Assembly: GCA_030390025.1 (NCBI GenBank)
Contig: CM059433.1
Location: forward strand, 8,868,001 to 8,932,000
Reading direction: 5' to 3'
DNA length: 64,000 nt
From: Squalus acanthias
Taxonomy: Eukaryota
Shown here: in pieces, positions 63,288-64,000 of the stretch
How the letters are laid out: each line of letters begins with the position of its first letter
Position numbering within the stretch: the stretch's first letter is position 1
Notes under the pieces: model-generated
Told to the model about the DNA's origin: nothing
What the model saw: the letters and a program-made list of their open reading frames with translations, nothing else
The model's database searches: none
Translations under genes and position numbers: made by a program

Positions 63288-64000
63288 ACAACAACAACTT
63301 GTATTTATATAGCGCCTTTAACGTAGTAAAATGTCCCAAGGCGCTGCACAGGAGTATTTAAAGACAAAAAAATTTGACACCGAGCCACATAAGAATAAAT
63401 TAGGGCAGGTGACCCGAGTTAGGACACGGGCAGCCGAGTTTTGGATGACCTCGAGTTTACGTAGGGTGGAATGTGGGAGGCCAGCCAGGAGTGCGTTGGA
63501 ATAGTCAAGTCTAGAGGTAACAAAGGCATGGATGAGGGTTTCAGCAGCGGATGAGCTGAGGCAAGGGCGGAGACGGGCGATGTTACGGTGGTGGAAATAG
63601 GTGGTCTTTGTTATGCTGTGGATATGTGGTCGGAAGCTCATTTCAGAGTCAAATATGACACCAAGGTTGCGAACAGTGTGGTTCAGCCTCAGACAAATGT
63701 TAGGGAGAGGGATGGAGTCAGTGGCTAGGGAACGGAGTTTGGGGCGGGGACTGAAAACAATGGCTTCGGTTTTCCCAATATTTAATTGGAGAAAATTTTT
63801 GCTCATCCAGAACTGTATGTCGGACAAGCAGTCTGACAATTTAGAGACCGTGGAGGGTTCGAGAGAAGAGGTAGTGAGGTAGAGCTGGGTGTCGTCAGCG
63901 TACATGTGGAAACTGACGCTGTGTTTTCGGAAGATGTCGCCAAGGGGCAGCATGTAGATGAGAAATAGGAGGAGGCCAAGGATAGATCCTTGGGGGACAC
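63288..64000 (-). mobile_element. L2 LINE RT fragment with internal deletion; runs off the window end
   Basis: ORF 63318..63953 FHMYADDTQLY...NFLQLNIGKTE...VRNLGVIFD; GVPQGSILG at window end. Confidence 0.93.

Overview
This is eukaryotic, repeat-dominated genomic DNA. The repeat repertoire (abundant CR1 and L2 LINEs, a tRNA-headed SacSINE1/DeuSINE-like SINE, an HE1-like SINE piece, Harbinger derivatives) points to a cartilaginous fish, most likely a shark; this is inferred from family recognition, not a database search. I found no convincing host protein-coding exon, rRNA or functional tRNA gene. The recognisable long ORFs are truncated or frameshifted retroelement RT/integrase fragments or Harbinger transposase/Myb remnants. 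The window looks like a large intron or gene desert, with several repeat-poor islands that resemble conserved non-coding enhancers. Most notable structures: (1) two families of short Penelope-like repeats carrying minimal type I hammerhead ribozyme cores, one as a ~190-bp near-perfect palindrome with a ribozyme on each strand; (2) a 13-bp-TSD-bounded composite insertion joining an inverted copy of nearby genomic DNA to a hammerhead element; (3) three ~220-bp solo LTRs of one family with 5-bp TSDs and a CTCF-like site; (4) a 1.67-kb solo LTR with a 4-bp TSD splitting a CR1; (5) a Vingi/Ingi-like LINE nested in a Harbinger derivative; (6) a Harbinger transposase/Myb/MITE set; (7) a 16-bp minisatellite with an emerging 32-bp higher-order unit. 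Boundaries without a stated TSD are approximate.
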